Origin: Sminthopsis crassicaudata
Lineage: Eukaryota
DNA length: 64,000 bases
Direction of reading: 5' to 3'
Assembly: GCF_048593235.1 (NCBI RefSeq)
Contig: NC_133622.1
Coordinates: 239,041,198-239,105,197 of the forward strand
The position numbers and the translations under genes were made by a program. Numbering within the stretch: the stretch's first letter is position 1; each line of letters starts with the position of its first letter. Positions 63,201-64,000 of the stretch are shown here, one piece after another. Below the pieces are notes generated by a model. It saw nothing but the letters and a program-made list of their open reading frames with translations. It searched no databases and was not told the origin of the DNA.

Positions 63201-64000
63201 CCATTTCACTTAAGTTATCAAATTTATTGGCATAAAGTTGGGCAAAGTAACTCCTTATTATTTCTCTAATTTCCTCTTCATTGGTGGAAAGATCCCCCTT
63301 TTCATTTGTAAAACTACCAATTTGATTTTTCTCTTTCTTTTTTCTGATCAGATTTACCAAAAGTTTATCTATTTTATTGGCTTTTTTCATAAAACCAACT
63401 CTTGGTTTTATTTATTAATTCAATAGTTTTTTTACTTTCAATATTATTGATTTCTCCTTTTAATTTTTGTATTTCAAGTTTAATTTTTGGTTGGGGGTTC
63501 TTAATTTGGTCTTTTTCTAGCTTTTTAAGTTGCAAGCCCAATTCGTTAATTTTCTCTTTCTCTATTTTCTTCAAATAAGCCTCTAAAGATATAAAAGTTC
63601 CCCTTATTACTGCTTTAGCTGCATCCCACAGATTTTGGTATGATTTCTCATCATTGTCATTATCTTGGGTGAAATTATTAATTGTTTCTATAATTTGCTG
63701 TTTCACCCAGTCATTCTTTAAGATGAGATTGTTCATTTTCCAATTACTTTTTGGTCTATTTACCCCTCACTTTTTACTTAATGTAGCTTTTATTGCATTG
63801 TGATCTGAGAAGAAGGCATTTATTATTTCTGCCTTCCTACATTTAATTTTGAGATCTTTATGTCCTAATATATGGTCTATTTTTGTATAGGATCCATGAA
63901 CTGCTGAGAAGAAAGTATATTCCTTTCTATTGCCATTCATTTTTCTCCAAAGGTCTATCATACCTAGTTTTTCTAATGTTCTATTTACTTTTTAAATTTC
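60251..64000 (-). mobile_element. Young L1: 3'UTR with poly(A) and frameshifted ORF2 (EN, RT, Cys-rich), cut by the window edge
   Basis: ORF2 fragments include EN (SYTKIDHILG, FFSDHNAI), RT ([33 protein letters not shown]) and the CCHC region. Poly-T starts at 60251. Confidence 0.97.

Noticed and set aside
1-64000. A 63.8-kb tandem segmental duplication or circularly permuted window
   Set aside because: The match is confined to L1 sequence with 4 differences in 169 bp, and the insertion contexts of the two L1s differ.

Overview
AT-rich mammalian genomic DNA, most likely from a dasyurid marsupial (inferred from the WSINE/MAR1-type SINEs, marsupial-type L1 ends and an OC1-type hAT MITE). It comes from a short-read assembly with five sized N gaps. 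The window is an olfactory receptor cluster of five single-exon OR5D-like genes, all on the + strand and spaced 8.7-10.8 kb apart. Three are intact (17702, 27760, 36467) and two are frameshifted (45929, 56709). The last three genes lie in three tandem paralogous units of about 8-10.5 kb (U1, U2, U3), which supply empty sites that date individual insertions. Two young minus-strand L1s of one family bracket the cluster. A decayed class I ERV, several solo LTRs, and CR1, L2 and SINE relics fill the intergenic space. The most unusual element is a 592-bp Tc2/pogo-like MITE with perfect TIRs, a CpG-rich core and an internal minisatellite, inserted 31 nt upstream of the splice acceptor of the only intact gene of the triplet. 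Also notable are a 187-bp OC1-type hAT MITE, a chimeric or duplicated promoter-like block, a probable gene-conversion tract, and an LTR+PBS insert with a non-canonical right end. All family and species assignments are from motif recognition and memory; no searches were run.
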